Source: Tubiluchus corallicola
Lineage: Eukaryota; Animalia; Priapulida
Assembly: GCA_030141605.1 (NCBI GenBank)
Contig: JAQGDQ010001345.1
Location: 1 to 45,823, forward strand
Length of the DNA stretch: 45,823 nt
Direction of reading: 5' to 3'
Positions within the stretch are counted from its first letter, which is position 1; every line of letters begins with the position of its first letter. A model generated the notes under the pieces. The model was not told where the DNA came from and searched no databases. It saw only the letters and a list, made by a program, of their open reading frames with translations. Both the position numbers and the translations under genes were made by a program. Of this stretch, positions 23,490 through 36,615 are shown one piece after another.

Positions 23490-23850
23490 GCCTGCAAGCC
23501 TGTAATTCTGCATTGTATCCATGATATAAGAGTATATATACAACATGATCAACAGTTGTTCAACAGACTCAAATCGAAATCCACAGTTACAATTCGGCAA
23601 TATTGGATGACCGTTATTATTTTTACAGCCTTTAGAGAAAATGTCATAGTTTAGCTGAGACAATCCGATTCTCATGCGCGTATGATGCACTGATATTGGA
23701 GGTTTACCAAATGCAAAATGTTTCTTACGCAACGAAAAACTTAAATGAGATTTGAGCTCTTGTTTCAAGTGTGAAATGGATGTAATTTCACGAATGTTCT
23801 GTGGTAAGTTGTTCCACATCTTAATAGTCGATGTGAAAAACGATTTTCAC
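23490..23850 (-). mobile_element. LINE (CR1/L2-like) ORF2 3' fragment
   Basis: WNNLPQNIR...TRMRIGLSQLN...CNCGFRFESVE resembles a LINE ORF2 C-terminus. Confidence 0.7.
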
Positions 23851-24002
23851 TCTTTCACTTGCTGAGTTAAAATTTCTTTATCTAAAATCGATATATCCAA
23901 ACAGTCGGATGGATTTGGGTTTCTGAACACTTACACAAGAACAGTTGTGCACAAAGAACAATTGTGCACAAGGAAGTTTGTACAAATGGAAAATCAACTT
24001 AC

Positions 24003-24108
24003 GTCCAACACAGTCAAGATGAACATCGCAGGTGGTTCTGAATTTTTGATTTTGTGATCCCCACAGATTGCTGTCACTGTCATACTTATATTGTAACGTT
24101 TCTGTTGT
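24003..24108 (-). CDS. Gene B exon 2
   Basis: tttttcag acceptor and gtaagt donor; 106 nt. Reads TTETLQYKYDSDSNLWGSQNQKFRTTCDVHLDCVG. Confidence 0.92.
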
Positions 24109-24176
24109 CTGAAAAAAATGAACATTTTATAACTATAGTTATAACTTCATCGGAGCTGCTACTTGTTGCTCTCTGG

Positions 24177-24253
24177 CTCTCTCCCTCTCTCTCCCCCCCT
24201 CTCTCTCTCTCTCTTCTCTCCCTCTCACTTTCTGTTTCTTTATCTTTATCTTG

Positions 24254-24285
<32 letters not shown>

Positions 24286-24387
24286 TTCCCCCCCTCTCTC
24301 TCTTTCCTCCTCTCTCTCTTTCTCTCTCTCTCTCTTTCTCACTCTCTCTTCTCTCCCTCTCGCTTTCTCTTTCTATATCTTTATCTT

Positions 24388-24430
<43 letters not shown>

Positions 24431-24668
24431 CTTTCTCACTCTCTATTTTCTCCCTCTCTCTTTCTCTTTATCTTGCTTTCTCTCTCTTTCTCTTCTCTCT
24501 CTCCCTCCCCCTCTCTCTCTTTCTCTCTCGCCCTCTCTCTCGCTCCCCTCTTTCTCTCTCTCTCTCTCTTTCTCTGTCTCTCTCTCTGCTCTCCCTCTCT
24601 TCCCCCTCTCTCTCTGTGTCTCCCTCTCTCTCTCCCTCCCCCCTCTCTCTCTCGCCCTCTCTCTCTCT
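24177..24668. repeat. (CT)n-rich microsatellite
   Basis: Direct reading. Confidence 0.97.
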
Positions 24669-25102
24669 GCTGTTAACTGAAATCGGGTATTCGTACTGTT
24701 TGCCTGTACGGCTGCTGCTACAAAACGGATGTTATACACTGGGCTTTTACTTAGTTTAGGTGTGAAGCTTTTTGCTGAATTTTCGTTTTTTTGCAATTAT
24801 AGAAAACATGGCATGGCGTAATTATTTTGGGGCGCATCGTTTTCCGATTTTCGTGAAACCTCAAGTTGCGAATGTGGTCCGTTTCACAAAACTGACTAAA
24901 TTTAGTCACCAGTGCATCGTGACGTTAACCCGCCCTGGGGCACAAACTCACCTGTCAAGTTCTGAGAAATATTATTCTTTCTGAATCTTGTTCAGGTAAA
25001 AGTGCTTGTCTTTTTTCCCCCGGGCGGTTGCAGCCATACTTTCAATTTTTCATAATTCTAGCGCATGTAGGTGTAAAATAAGAAAAGGTCAAGTAAAGTA
25101 TT

Positions 25103-25655
25103 GTAAGGTAAGGTAAGGTAAGGTAAGGTAAGGTAGGGTAAGGTAGGGTAGAGTAAGGTAGGGTAGGGTACGGTAGGGTAAGGTAAGGTAGGGTAGGGTA
25201 GGGTAGAGTAGGGTAGGGTAAGGTAAGGTACGGTAAGGTAAGGTAGTGTAGGGTAGGGTAGGGTAGGGTAAGGTAAAGTAAGGTAAGGTAGGGTAGAGTA
25301 GGGTAAGGTAGGGTAAGGTAAGGTAAGATAAAGTAAGGTAGGGTAGAGTAGGGTAGGGTAGAGCGGGGTAAGGTAAGGTAAGGTAAAGTAAGGTAAGGTA
25401 AGGCAAGGTAGGGTAGGGTAGAGTAAGGTAGGGTAGGGTAGAGTAAGGTAGGGTACGGTAGGGTAAGGTAAGGTAGGGTAGGGTAGAGTAAGGTAGGGTA
25501 GGGTAGAGTAGAGTAGGGTAGGGTAGGGTAGGGTAAGGTAAGGTAGGGTAGGTAAGGTAGGGTAGGGTAGAGTAGGGTAAGGTAGGGTAGAGTAGGGTAA
25601 GGTAGGGTAGGGTAGAGCAGGGTAAGGTAAGGTAAGGTAAGGTAAGGTAAGATAA
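25103..25655. repeat. Pentanucleotide satellite (AGGTA/GGGTA/GAGTA)n
   Basis: Direct reading. Confidence 0.97.
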
Positions 25656-26289
25656 GAATAGATATTTATTCATGATAAATTACAAGGTCCTGGCTGGTTG
25701 TTGCAGTAATTTGAAATCAAGGAAAATAAACACATGTAATTACACAAACATAAAATTTAAAAACATACACAAAAATCGTACAAACATTGTCTGACATACT
25801 TAAATAAAATAAACAAAAACACTAAAAATAAAACTAGGATTACAATTGCAAAAAGTAGCTTAATATAAGCAAAAAGAGCTTAGACATGATTAAAGTGGAG
25901 AAATAAAAAATATGGTAATTGGAAAATAACACCATATAATATTCAGCTAGTAAATCAAGCAGAATATAAATGAAAAATAAACCAGTAATAATAAACATTT
26001 ACATTGAAAATAAAAAGAAACTAAAAATATTAACAAAAAATTAAGCCAAAAAGTACTTAACAGAGTATGTAACACGATTCCAGTAAAGGTGCAGAAGTTA
26101 TTTCCCTTTCCTTATCTTTAAATTTACATCCGTTCCTCTTTCCTTGAGTAGTTTCCCAGTTTGCAATTTTGGCGTTCCAATTCACACATACTCAATAGAG
26201 ATAGTGGCACAAGGGAAGGGGGGTGGGGGTCAAACTTACGAATCTCATTGTTGATCAAAGTGTGAATGAACGTTTATAGACGTTCAATA

Positions 26290-26730
26290 ACTGCAAACTA
26301 TCAAATCTTATCAATTTCTGTACATGTCGATTCGCTAATGTTGAATGTTCTTCTCAAATTTCGTTCAAGAACAAAATACTTACCTTTTGGAACCTTCCCA
26401 CAAGAATATTACGCCCTCGATACAATAAAGATACAATAATGAAGTATTTACTAATAGACGTACTACAAATTTTTCTCAGTTAAAAGGTGACCTTTTTATT
26501 GGAAACTTAATTGACGGTCCGAAATGTATCAGCAGTGATTTTATAGAAAGTTCTTACCATTGCGTTTTCGAATGCATAAAATATGATAGAGCAAGAACGG
26601 TATTGTTAGACGACCTATTCGACCAACAGATTGGAACACGTGACTCCTTAGAAAATCATAATCCTGTAGTTTTATACAGAAACATATTCGAAAAATTCTA
26701 AACTGATCACCCATCTTGCTTCATTATCCA
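26290..26730 (+). mobile_element. Possible degenerate LINE ORF2 3' remnant
   Basis: Fragmentary translation NFSQLKGDLF..NLIDGPKC..IESSYH..FEC resembles the LINE C-terminal Cys/His region; heavily decayed. Confidence 0.4.
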
Positions 26731-27125
26731 TAGTTTATTACAGCAGTTTATTAAATCAACTTTTCACTTTGCAATACAATAGAATTTACTATTAAATGAG
26801 TCATCTTACTTTGTAAATGTATTTTTATTATTACTGCTGTTATGAAACTACTGTGTTTATACTGTTCATGTATGTAAGTTTAATTACCATCTGCTGATTG
26901 GAATTGAGTCAAATGTTTTATCAAATCGAGTGTGATAATTATTAATTGTGATGACCATTATACTTTTATTAGCACTTTGCACTCAGCACTTGTACCGTGG
27001 AGATACCTGTACCAGACCCAGTCTGTTTTGTAAATCCACTGTAAATAAATCTAGTTAAAACTAACTCAGATGCTTCCAGAAATTTTGGAAAAATGAAATA
27101 TGCTGTTAAAGTTAACATATCTTAC

Positions 27126-27242
27126 CTTACAATTCAATTTGACTAGTAACAATCGAGACAACAGAGAACTAGTGAAACTTGGCTGTGACGTCGCTGTCGC
27201 CAACAGCAAAGTCGCTAGCACCACAGGCACTGCACCTTTCAT
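27126..27242 (-). CDS. Gene B exon 1 (signal peptide) of a secreted 1045-aa LLTP/vitellogenin-N-domain protein
   Basis: Reads MKGAVPVVLATLLLATATSQPSFTSSLLSRLLLVKLNCK, then AAG/gtaaga donor. The 13 exons sum to 3138 nt with an open frame. Confidence 0.9.
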
Positions 27243-27380
27243 TCTTGGGACTAGTATAGATATTTAATACACGAACTATATGCTAAAGTAAAATACGTCT
27301 GATTCTGAAATTGCTTGTTCTTTCACTCGCACATCGTTTGGTGACTTTGTTTACACCTTTTCAGCTGGGACCTTCTGCTA

Positions 27381-27390
27381 CTTTTATATA
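27381..27390 (-). promoter_or_regulatory. Candidate TATA box of gene B
   Basis: TATATAAAAG about 140 nt upstream of the ATG. Confidence 0.6.
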
Positions 27391-28396
27391 CCTGTCCTGG
27401 TCTGCCGCAGGGAAGTGGCAGCTCCAAGGACAATCAGTTTTATGGGTAAGTCAATTTAACCACCGGAAACCGGATTTACTCTCCTTAAAGGAAACTTTGA
27501 TAGCGCCAATGCAGAAAATAGGTCAGAATACTAAAGATATTCTTATCATACATCATTATAGTCTGTCGGTTTCCTAAATTAAGAAGTTAAGGCACAACAC
27601 CCCCCTCCCCACCCTGCTTTGCGCCCCTTGCATCCTGGACTACGTCACGGTTCAGTGTAAATCCCGACGCTTTTCTTTTAGCTGTAAATCGAAGCGGTCA
27701 CGATTTGTTGCAAATGGACAAATAATCATACCTGACAATCAAAAGAAACTGTTCTAGTTGAACAAGTAAGTTCAAATGTGCATTTCCTCTGTTGTATAAT
27801 GACCACAGAGTCGTGTGGTTTGAACAACACGTAATTTTCTCAGTTCTGGGAAGCAGAAAAAGGTCACTAAACAAATTTTCTTATATTTTGTGTTTTGTTT
27901 GGTGCGCCAAAATTTATTTATATAAAATCTGATTACTTTTGCAATTTCGTCAAATCAAATCAATTTATTTCACTCCAGCAATACATATAAAATACGTCAA
28001 CATTCAATATAATGAGAAAAAACAGCATACTAGGTAAAAAAATCATTAACGATGTTTTTCATAAACTCAGAGAGGTCATCCATCCAGTGGCATTCTCTTC
28101 AAATTGTTGCAGAACTGCATAAAGTCTACTAAACGTTTTGCTAATCGATTGTACGTGTAATTGTATATTGAATTGTAAACTGAATTAGCTTGAATTTTGG
28201 ACTTTTGAATTAGACACCTGTTGCTGAGCAGTGATACTTTTGTGTAACTAATAAGATCATGTACATTGATAATTGTTTCTGGTATCACTTCTGTACTCTG
28301 TGAGCTTTGTATATTTCAATTTTAAGTGTTAACTAATGAATTACTTGTGTTTTTGAATTAACTATTTATGTAACTATATTCTTGATAACCAGTTGT

Positions 28397-28398
28397 AC

Positions 28399-28456
<58 letters not shown>
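28397..28456. repeat. (TA)n(TG)n microsatellite
   Basis: Direct reading. Confidence 0.95.
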
Positions 28457-28457
<1 letters not shown>

Positions 28458-28879
28458 CTCAACTAAAATGTTTTTATTGCACAGTGGAAAAACTCCGATC
28501 AGTAATATTACTGTATGTTGATCCACTTAAAATAAATAAAAAATATATAAAACAAATAATGAAGTCAAATTAACCAAATAACTGAATTGCTGCATGAATC
28601 TTGAAAGCTTTTCTTGTTAAGGAAACAGTGAATGAAAGAATGGTTAGGGTTAGTAGACATGATGGAATGGAAAAATAGTAAGATTAGGGATAGGAAAAAA
28701 AGAAGGGAGGGGAGGATGAGTGAATGAAAGAATGGTTATTTTATTTATCAGAACTTTTTTTAATGCAAATTTTATTATTTACTAAAACATCCATTTTATT
28801 TTTATTTTTATTTACTAATAGAAATTCTGTATTATGTGTGTGAATGTTTTATGGCAATAAACTTAACGTCAACTCAAAC

Positions 28880-29195
28880 TAGAGCAAAACCGGACCCAAT
28901 CTTAAACTGTAGGTCAAAACAATCTACACTTTAAATTATTGAAAGGAAACATATTATTTTTAAAGAATGACTTCTCAAAGAACTATTACCACACAAACAC
29001 AATTTCACTTTCGCGCTACTAGTTCTTCTCTGTTACTTGTATTTCACCATTCGCTAGTTAGAGGGACTCTAGCGTCTGCATTACGGAAACTCGTTGCACA
29101 AAAAACAGTGCTCTACCTCTGTTGTGTTAGTTTGTGACGAACTGCACATGTTCGACAACTCATGCATGAGCACAGCGGTAAATTTGAAATTTGAA
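28880..29195. mobile_element. MITE family 3, partial inverted copy
   Basis: Reverse complement of about 15485-15808. Confidence 0.75.
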
Positions 29196-29640
29196 AAATC
29201 ACCCTGTTTTCCTCACGTCTGAGGAGTGAAACGAACTCAGGAACTTAGAAAAGTAAGTTCAGGGCACCTAGTAGCTTATTGTTCGTAATTATCCTTCTAT
29301 CAATAAAGCAGTAGTTTAATTAATTATTATCTTTGGTAACTTGATATATTTGCCACAAAATACTAGCATAACCAGTGACAGTAAATGCTTAAAATTTGTG
29401 GCTGTAAGGTTTGTTTACGTTTCGTGGTCAAAGAGTGCAAGGTGGGTCTTGTGAGGTGACGTCACGCTATTGTCCTGCACTAATGGTTATTCTTCAGATG
29501 TTCCTGGACTAAACAATCTAGTTGAACATGCTCTGCATTTTGTAAATTAGCATCTCGTAGTGATGACGTCACTGGTGACGTGCGTTGCTGTTTACGCCAG
29601 TACCAGTTATCATACAGTTAGATGGTTGAGGAACTTACCT

Positions 29641-30156
29641 TTAAGGAAAAACCGCTTGATTGTGTAAACACGAGTTTAGAATAAAGAATGCTCTAAAATA
29701 TTGAAAACTACGATAGCTTATTTTAAATCAAAGCTTAGATTAAATAATAATTACCTCGGATAATCAAAATTTGTTGAACTTTCAAAGCTATGCGCGGCTC
29801 AGTGAATCTATTAAGATTGGCAACGGCGCCTTTTTGCCGCTTTCGCGTGGCCGGCAAATAGAAGGCGGTACCATGATAACCATGACAATGAACTACAGTG
29901 TTAGTTTCTGACGTTATATGACGCAGAGCACATCTTCGTGACATCATGCGTAGACAAGGGAAGATGTCTATCATTGGACAAACTGTAGATAGATTCTGAC
30001 GTAAGCAATAGCTGTGTTCGGTTGCCGTTATTTAACCTCTAAGCCAATTATTCAAATATAAGAAACTTTGTTAACTTTTATAAGCAAGAAAATGTATATT
30101 TTGGACAGCAAATTAAAATGATATTGAGTCTAAACAATCATCCGGTCTTCCTTTAA
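29641..30156. mobile_element. MITE family 1, full-length copy
   Basis: TTAA flanks; colinear with 1607-2163. Confidence 0.8.
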
Positions 30157-30269
30157 AATGAACGAATAAAATAACCAAGTAGGAAAATAATTGTGCTATG
30201 TAAATTTTCTCAAGACAGATTTTAATAAGCAATTTAAATTGGAACAAAGGGGAATTTTAAAGTATATTT

Positions 30270-30545
30270 CCGAGAACGTTCCATACAAAGTTATATTACT
30301 TACGTTTACCTGTTTAAAAGGCTTAATTAAGTAACTGGAAAAGAAAATACTTAATAATTTAAAATTACCACGTCATGATAAAACGTCCCTGTATCACTAT
30401 CCCAGTGTGCACCACTGATACACGCATTGTTGGTCTTGTTGACAAGATAAAATAATTTAGCAATTTAAACTTTTGCTTAGATTCGAATGCTGTGCTTATT
30501 TTTTTCAAACTTTACCCAATGCTATCCAAATTTGTTTCAAATGAC
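30270..30545. mobile_element. Family 4 repeat, inverted copy
   Basis: Reverse similarity to 6925-7215. Confidence 0.5.
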
Positions 30546-32051
30546 TTTGGGCAGTTTAACCCTTTTTCTTTAAAATCGATTGCTGTTCATTAATCCAATC
30601 GCTCAAGCTATTAAAAATGCCAACTCGCTGTCCATATTTAAAAAAATTATAAATTAAACTTACTTGAAACATATAACTGATCACTCAATCATGATTTGTT
30701 GTTTTCTTTTTCAAAAACTTCCCCTCTAGTATAATAATATTTTTATTACTTCCCACCCGTATTTATATTTGTATATATTATAATATTGTATCTGTATATA
30801 TTGTAATTTCTTTACTAATTCTAGTGGCCTACCATAAGCTAGCTTCTTAGGTCTCTATAGCGCAGAATTCGTGAATTATTGTATCATATTTTTGTATTAA
30901 CAAAAACTGATTATCGATGCACATGTAATGTATATGTATATGTTTATTGCAAAATAAATCTATTAAATCTAAAAAAAATTAATCGATAACACGGTCCTGT
31001 GTAGAAAAGTGTTTTTGTCGAGATATTCTAGATAGTGATCGCGGATTAGTGATCGCGGATTTGTCCTTAAAATACCGTCACGTTGTTGCTGTCAAAGATT
31101 TGGAGAGGCCCTGCTAGAAGAAAGATGATCCAAAATCTGCGTTTAGCTGTTATGAAGAGAACGGCTACAATTTTTACATACACTCATATCTCGGTTTGCC
31201 GGAACTCACTTTTACGGATAGCGGAAGAATCGGACAAAATCTGGACCGTTAAAAAGTCCCGCATGCTACGAACACAGTCCGTTGCTTCGAAAGCTGACCG
31301 CTAGATGGCGGGACGTCACTTTGTTTACATCATTGCGTCAGTGCAACCAAGCAGCGTGCAGCAGCACGTGTGTAGCTTGTGTAGGGCACAAAACGACAAG
31401 TAAGACGACATAAAAATAGTAAAAGTTCATTGGTCACACAAAACTATCTTATTTAAGCACGTGCAGAAAAATATGGAGTCAATTGTGCAGAGTTATTTGA
31501 GTCAACTGCCGACAGTTTTTATATACTTTTGCATAAGAGCGGCCAGTACTTAGGCATTTTTGAGACAATTAAGCAATTGATTTTACATTACCGTGAGTCT
31601 AATACACGGTGCCTATTATATTAGCCTAGTATCGGTAAATACTAACAATCGGCAAATTCTGACCGTCTCTCCGCTGTCTGGCTAACGGAGATATGAGTGA
31701 AGTTCTAACGAGCCAAATTACCTGCTCTAGATCTGCAATTCTATCCTGGCGCTGATTATTGGATCATAATTATTTGATTAACGTATAGCGTTATTTACCT
31801 TTGATATCAGATATGAACGATGCAGATTAATTGTTTAATGAAAGTAGGATAAGCATTGTAGGTTGGTAAGATGAACCAGTTCATTATTGATGGCTAGTCA
31901 GCAGCTGTTCTCACCAAGTATGTCTGATGTGGTTTCTAAACAACATTCAATGCTAGACTACTAGTGATATACAAACACATTTAAAGATAAGATAGATATT
32001 GTGAGATTGTCTAGGTATTCCAGATGAAAAGTCGTCATTGAAGCTTGGAAC

Positions 32052-33181
32052 GAAGGCAGGATGATTTTTCATATACTACCCCATTTTCAAATCTCGTAAA
32101 AAGTATAAATTTTAACACAATTAAAGAAAACTGGATGATTGTGTAAACATTAGTTCAGAATAAAGAATGCTTCAAAATATTGAAAACTACAATAGCTTTT
32201 TTTAAATCAAAGCTTAGATTAAATAATAATTACCTTGGTTACGCATATTTCGTTAAACCTTCAAAGCTACGCGTGGCTCAGTGAATCTACCAAGATTAGC
32301 AGCGGCGCCTTTTTGTCACGTTCGCTTGGCCGGTAAATAAAAGGTGCTACTGTGATAAGCATGATCATGAATTGCAGCGTTAGTTTCTGACGTCATATGA
32401 TGTAGGCCATATCTTCGTGACTTCACGCGTTTAAGCAGTGACACTTACGCAAACGTGCTTGACGCGCAAGAGAAGATGCCTACCATTGCACAACAAAGGC
32501 AGTCAGTAAGAAAAAGCCAGGAATGAATCTAATTACCATAGAACAGGCAAAAAAAGTTGTGTTGACTGTCTGCAAAGAAAACTGCTGCATGATTTTCAAG
32601 TGAATGGCGGTAACCACCACGCCTGAAAATTTCTATTTGGAGGTAGCATATTGTAAATTTATGTTTTATAGGCAGTTCATTGCAAATTTCTTTATAATAT
32701 TTTTCTAAGTTTAAAAGTGATAACAGTAAAATAAACCCAGCATACTAAGCCAGGGCCGGAACTAGATGTGGCAAACAGGGGGGCGCAAAAATTTTCTGGG
32801 AGGGTTATTCCGACGTGGTTAAATAATGGTTCAGCCAATTTTTAACCCCTTTTATACTGCATGCAGGCCTATAATTAGCATGTGTGTAGGACGGCGTAGC
32901 GGACAGAGCAATAATGAGAAAATTAACTGTCAGTTAACCTAACGTTATTAATGTGCCTCTAACTAAATTGTTATTTACAGAAATTTATCACACACAAGTT
33001 TTAAGAAAATAATACACTGAAGCTACCAAACATTTTTTACCTAATTCTAATTCATATTGAAAATGATTACATGCGAACTGCAATTTTCACTGCAAAAAAT
33101 TATTTGTCCGATTTTGCAAGGGGGGCGCAAATTTCCCCCCTAGTTCCGCCCCTGTACTAAGCGACTTGTTCTTTCCTTTAA
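32052..33181. mobile_element. Nested MITE cluster (family 3 end, family 1 part, family 2 end)
   Basis: 32052-32124 family 3; 32121-32490 family 1; 32590-32750 plus 33155-33181 family 2. Confidence 0.7.
32751..33154. mobile_element. hAT-type MITE with 8-bp TSD
   Basis: TIRs cagggccggaactag ... ctagttccgcccctg; TACTAAGC duplicated at 32743-32750 and 33155-33162. Confidence 0.88.
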
Positions 33182-33555
33182 GATTGGACTCCATGTGCTG
33201 ACAATGCGTAATGATGGATGCGTACTGACTCTTTCCATGTGTCGTGAACGCTATGCGTATTAACAAACCTCACAACGCTCTGCTTGCTGTTCTTAAAAAT
33301 GGGAGATTTTTGGAAGTCATGCCTGTGTCGAAATTTCAACGCAACGGCGATCAAGAAATAATTACAGTGGTAACATTAGCTTATCGATGTACTTTCAGAC
33401 GGAAACACAGAGGTTTTGCCTGGATAACATTTTGATGCTTGTACCAGGACAGAATAATAATAATAATAATGATGATGATGATGATGACGACGACGATGAT
33501 TATGATGATAATAATAATAATCTTTATTTAAACTTGGCTTTTAGGATTAACAATT
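32938..33555 (+). repeat. Copy 1 of a near-identical ~600-bp local duplication
   Basis: Matches 35476-36045, apart from a ~48-bp indel and microsatellite length. Confidence 0.92.
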
Positions 33556-33979
33556 CTGGACAATAGTATGGTGCCACCATCTGTGAACAACATGCTGAAG
33601 TATCTTTATGAACACTATAATACTGAGGAGTAGTGCAGTACATTAAAAGGAATTTGTTCCTAAGTGCTTATCAAAAGGAGAAAAATTGCTGTTTCTATAT
33701 TTATAGACAGGGAGATAATAGAGTTTCAACATATAGGTTGCATTAACAAATAATCATGCGCAAATAAATATACATACGATACAATAATATAATAACAATA
33801 AAAAGCAAGTTGTTGTAAGGTGGAAGAAGGAGCAAGTACTTTCTAGTCTTCCTCCTACAGGTGGACACCACAACTGATAACATCATTCTATAACTACATA
33901 AATTCAATTGTTTCAGGAAACCTGTCAAATTTTATGGAACAACTACTACATCACTCAAGGGAAACAATTGAACAGCTCT

Positions 33980-34320
33980 TAACACAATTCTGTTGAACTA
34001 ACAATAATTCTTACAACAGATGCGTCGAAAAAACGTTTACTCGGTAGATTATGAACAACAATCAAACGAAATACATTTAACTGATTTTTTAAAACTAAAA
34101 TCAAGCTAAACATTTTAAATTCATCAGGGATTTTCAAGCAAAGTTTTATAGCATTATATTTAATTGTTTGCCGAAAAATATTAACATAGTGCTGTGATAT
34201 AAAATAATTAGTTGATGCAAGTTTGGTATAGTGATCATGAGTATGGAGAACTCGAGTAAAATATTTAAAAGGAGAACTGGAAGAGAAGGTGATCAGACTC
34301 TGAATTTTTGAAAGTAAATT
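33980..34320 (-). mobile_element. Degenerate LINE 3' remnant
   Basis: FRQTIKYNAIKLCLKIPDEFK resembles a LINE ORF2 tail. Confidence 0.45.
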
Positions 34321-34454
34321 CACTTATCAAAATCATATAGTCAATTAATGAGCATCAACTTAGCGTTCATCATTTGATCATTTTCCATTTTTTTATTTTA
34401 TTCATTCAGTGAAAACCCAAAGCTACATAGTAACTTATTTACGAAATGTCATTT

Positions 34455-34515
34455 GACGGGATTTGAACTCATAACCGTAATGTCTGTAGGCGAACACGTT
34501 ACTCGTTGTGCCATC
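34455..34515 (-). mobile_element. tRNA-like SINE head remnant
   Basis: Minus strand TGGCACAACGAGTAA ... GAGTTCAAATCCC (A-box and B-box like). Confidence 0.4.
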
Positions 34516-35475
34516 CAAACAAATGACGTCACTACTCAGCAAGAAGCCTTACCAATGCGCGCACAAATAGATCTTCACACCACAGATGTCGCCACACGAA
34601 TAAAATTTAAAAATACATAGCAACCAATATAAAGAATATAACGCACCACAAACTGTTTGGGAAACCGCAAAAAATATACAAATACTAACTCAAAGATGTC
34701 GCCACGTGATAAAGTTTGAAATACACGTAGACAACAATGCTAAACAACTCTAACGTACCACAAACTGTTTGAGGGAAGTAAGTCTATATATAAGTAGGTT
34801 TTTGGCTTTGTAATAAGTGGGGATGGCATCTCCGATAGAATAACTGGTCATACGACAGGGCTCTGGGAATATGTGACCTCCATCGGATGGAACTGTAGAG
34901 TACGCACAATACTAAGTACGATAGCCGATAGGCGGTAGCTATTGTATGATTAGTTATATGGCTGTACAGTATACCGTAAAAATGCTGCATGGAGGTAGCC
35001 CAGAAGCTTGTGGTATGACCCATCTGAGGGGACGAGTCCTTTTTTGCAAAATTAAATTTTGGTTTGAAACCTTATACGTCTCGCAATGTATTACGTTTAA
35101 AAATTTTAAAATCAAAATTGGAAGTTTTTTGAAGACCCAAAATTCTTTTTGGGAATTTTGACATGCAAACAAGCATTAGATATGCAAACTGTAGACATCT
35201 TTTGAAATTTTATACGCTTTTTAGTTTTAAAAATTACCTTAAATTACGAGTAAAACGGTATTTCTATTTTTAAGTAAAATCGTGATGTCACAGGCTTTAA
35301 AATGGCAGACCGACGAAAGAATATTAAAAAGATTTGCGAGGCTGGTGCTCTCTTTTTTGAAAACAACTGCAAACTTCCCAATAGCAGTATATCACCATCC
35401 AGCTTTTACTCTCTCCCTATGGCAAAGTCAGAAGTCAAAATATGTTATACTTAAAGAAGGGGCACCTAACGTTAT

Positions 35476-36045
35476 CCTAACGTTATTAATGTGCCTCTAA
35501 CTAAATTGTTATTTACAGAAATTTATCACACACAAGTTTTAAGAAAATAATACACTGAAGCTACCAAACATTTTTTTACCTAATTCTAATTCATATTGAA
35601 AATGATTACATGCGAACTGCAATTTTCACTGCAAAAAAATTATTTGTCCGATTTTGCAAGGGGGGAGCGCAAATTTCCCCCCTAGTTCCGCCCCTGTACT
35701 AAGCGACTTGTTCTTTCCTTTAAGATTGGACTCCATGTGCTGACAATGCGTAATGATGGATGCGTACTGACTCTTTCCATGTGTCGTGAACGCTATGCGT
35801 ATTAACAAACCTCACAACGCTCTGCTTGCTGTTCTTAAAAATGGGAGATTTTTGGAAGTCATGCCTGTGTCGAAATTTCAACGCAACAGCGATCAAGAAA
35901 CACAGAGGTTTTGCCTGGATAACATTTTGATGCTTGTACCGGGACAGAATAATAATAATGATGATGATGATGACGACGACGACGATGATGATGATAATAA
36001 TAACAATAATCTTTATTTAAACTTGGCTTTTAGGATTAACAATTA
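35476..36045 (+). repeat. Copy 2 of the local duplication
   Basis: Matches 32938-33555. Confidence 0.92.
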
Positions 36046-36206
36046 ACATAAACTCTAAAAAGGTTTTGGACTGACTGTAAATAACAACCTATAACTGCAT
36101 AATTATAGACTATTATTACCCCACTTTTACCCCAAAAATGACCCGGCTGCTGTATCGTACTCACAATCTTCCTGAAGGAAAGCGGACGTGTTACCACTAG
36201 ACCAAT
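36010..36206 (-). mobile_element. SINE copy (same family as 14341-14600, internal deletion)
   Basis: Shared gactgtaaataacaa...ccccactttt...atgacccggc...ttaccact blocks. Confidence 0.65.
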
Positions 36207-36407
36207 ATCACCACTTAGCAAAGAAAATACTGAAGCTAGATGCAGAACGTCATAATTTTGCACTTATAGTATGCAAAAATGGTATAATCAACATTGCAAA
36301 TGTAGTTTGTATTAGTGTTGCGTGCCAGTTAGCTTTGTTTAATTTCAAATTAATACCGTGGGCGTTTGTGTAACGTTATCAGTCAACCTTTTATTTATGT
36401 AACTCTA

Positions 36408-36408
<1 letters not shown>

Positions 36409-36446
<38 letters not shown>

Positions 36447-36453
36447 CATCATC

Positions 36454-36520
<67 letters not shown>

Positions 36521-36533
36521 CCATCACCATCAC

Positions 36534-36574
<41 letters not shown>

Positions 36575-36615
36575 CCATCATCATCATTATTATTATTATT
36601 ATTATGATTATGATT
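36409..36615. repeat. (ATT)n(CAT)n trinucleotide repeat
   Basis: Direct reading. Confidence 0.97.

Noticed and set aside
25089-25673. 194-aa (YPTLP)n ORF
   Set aside because: Pentanucleotide satellite with no splice signals tying it to gene B
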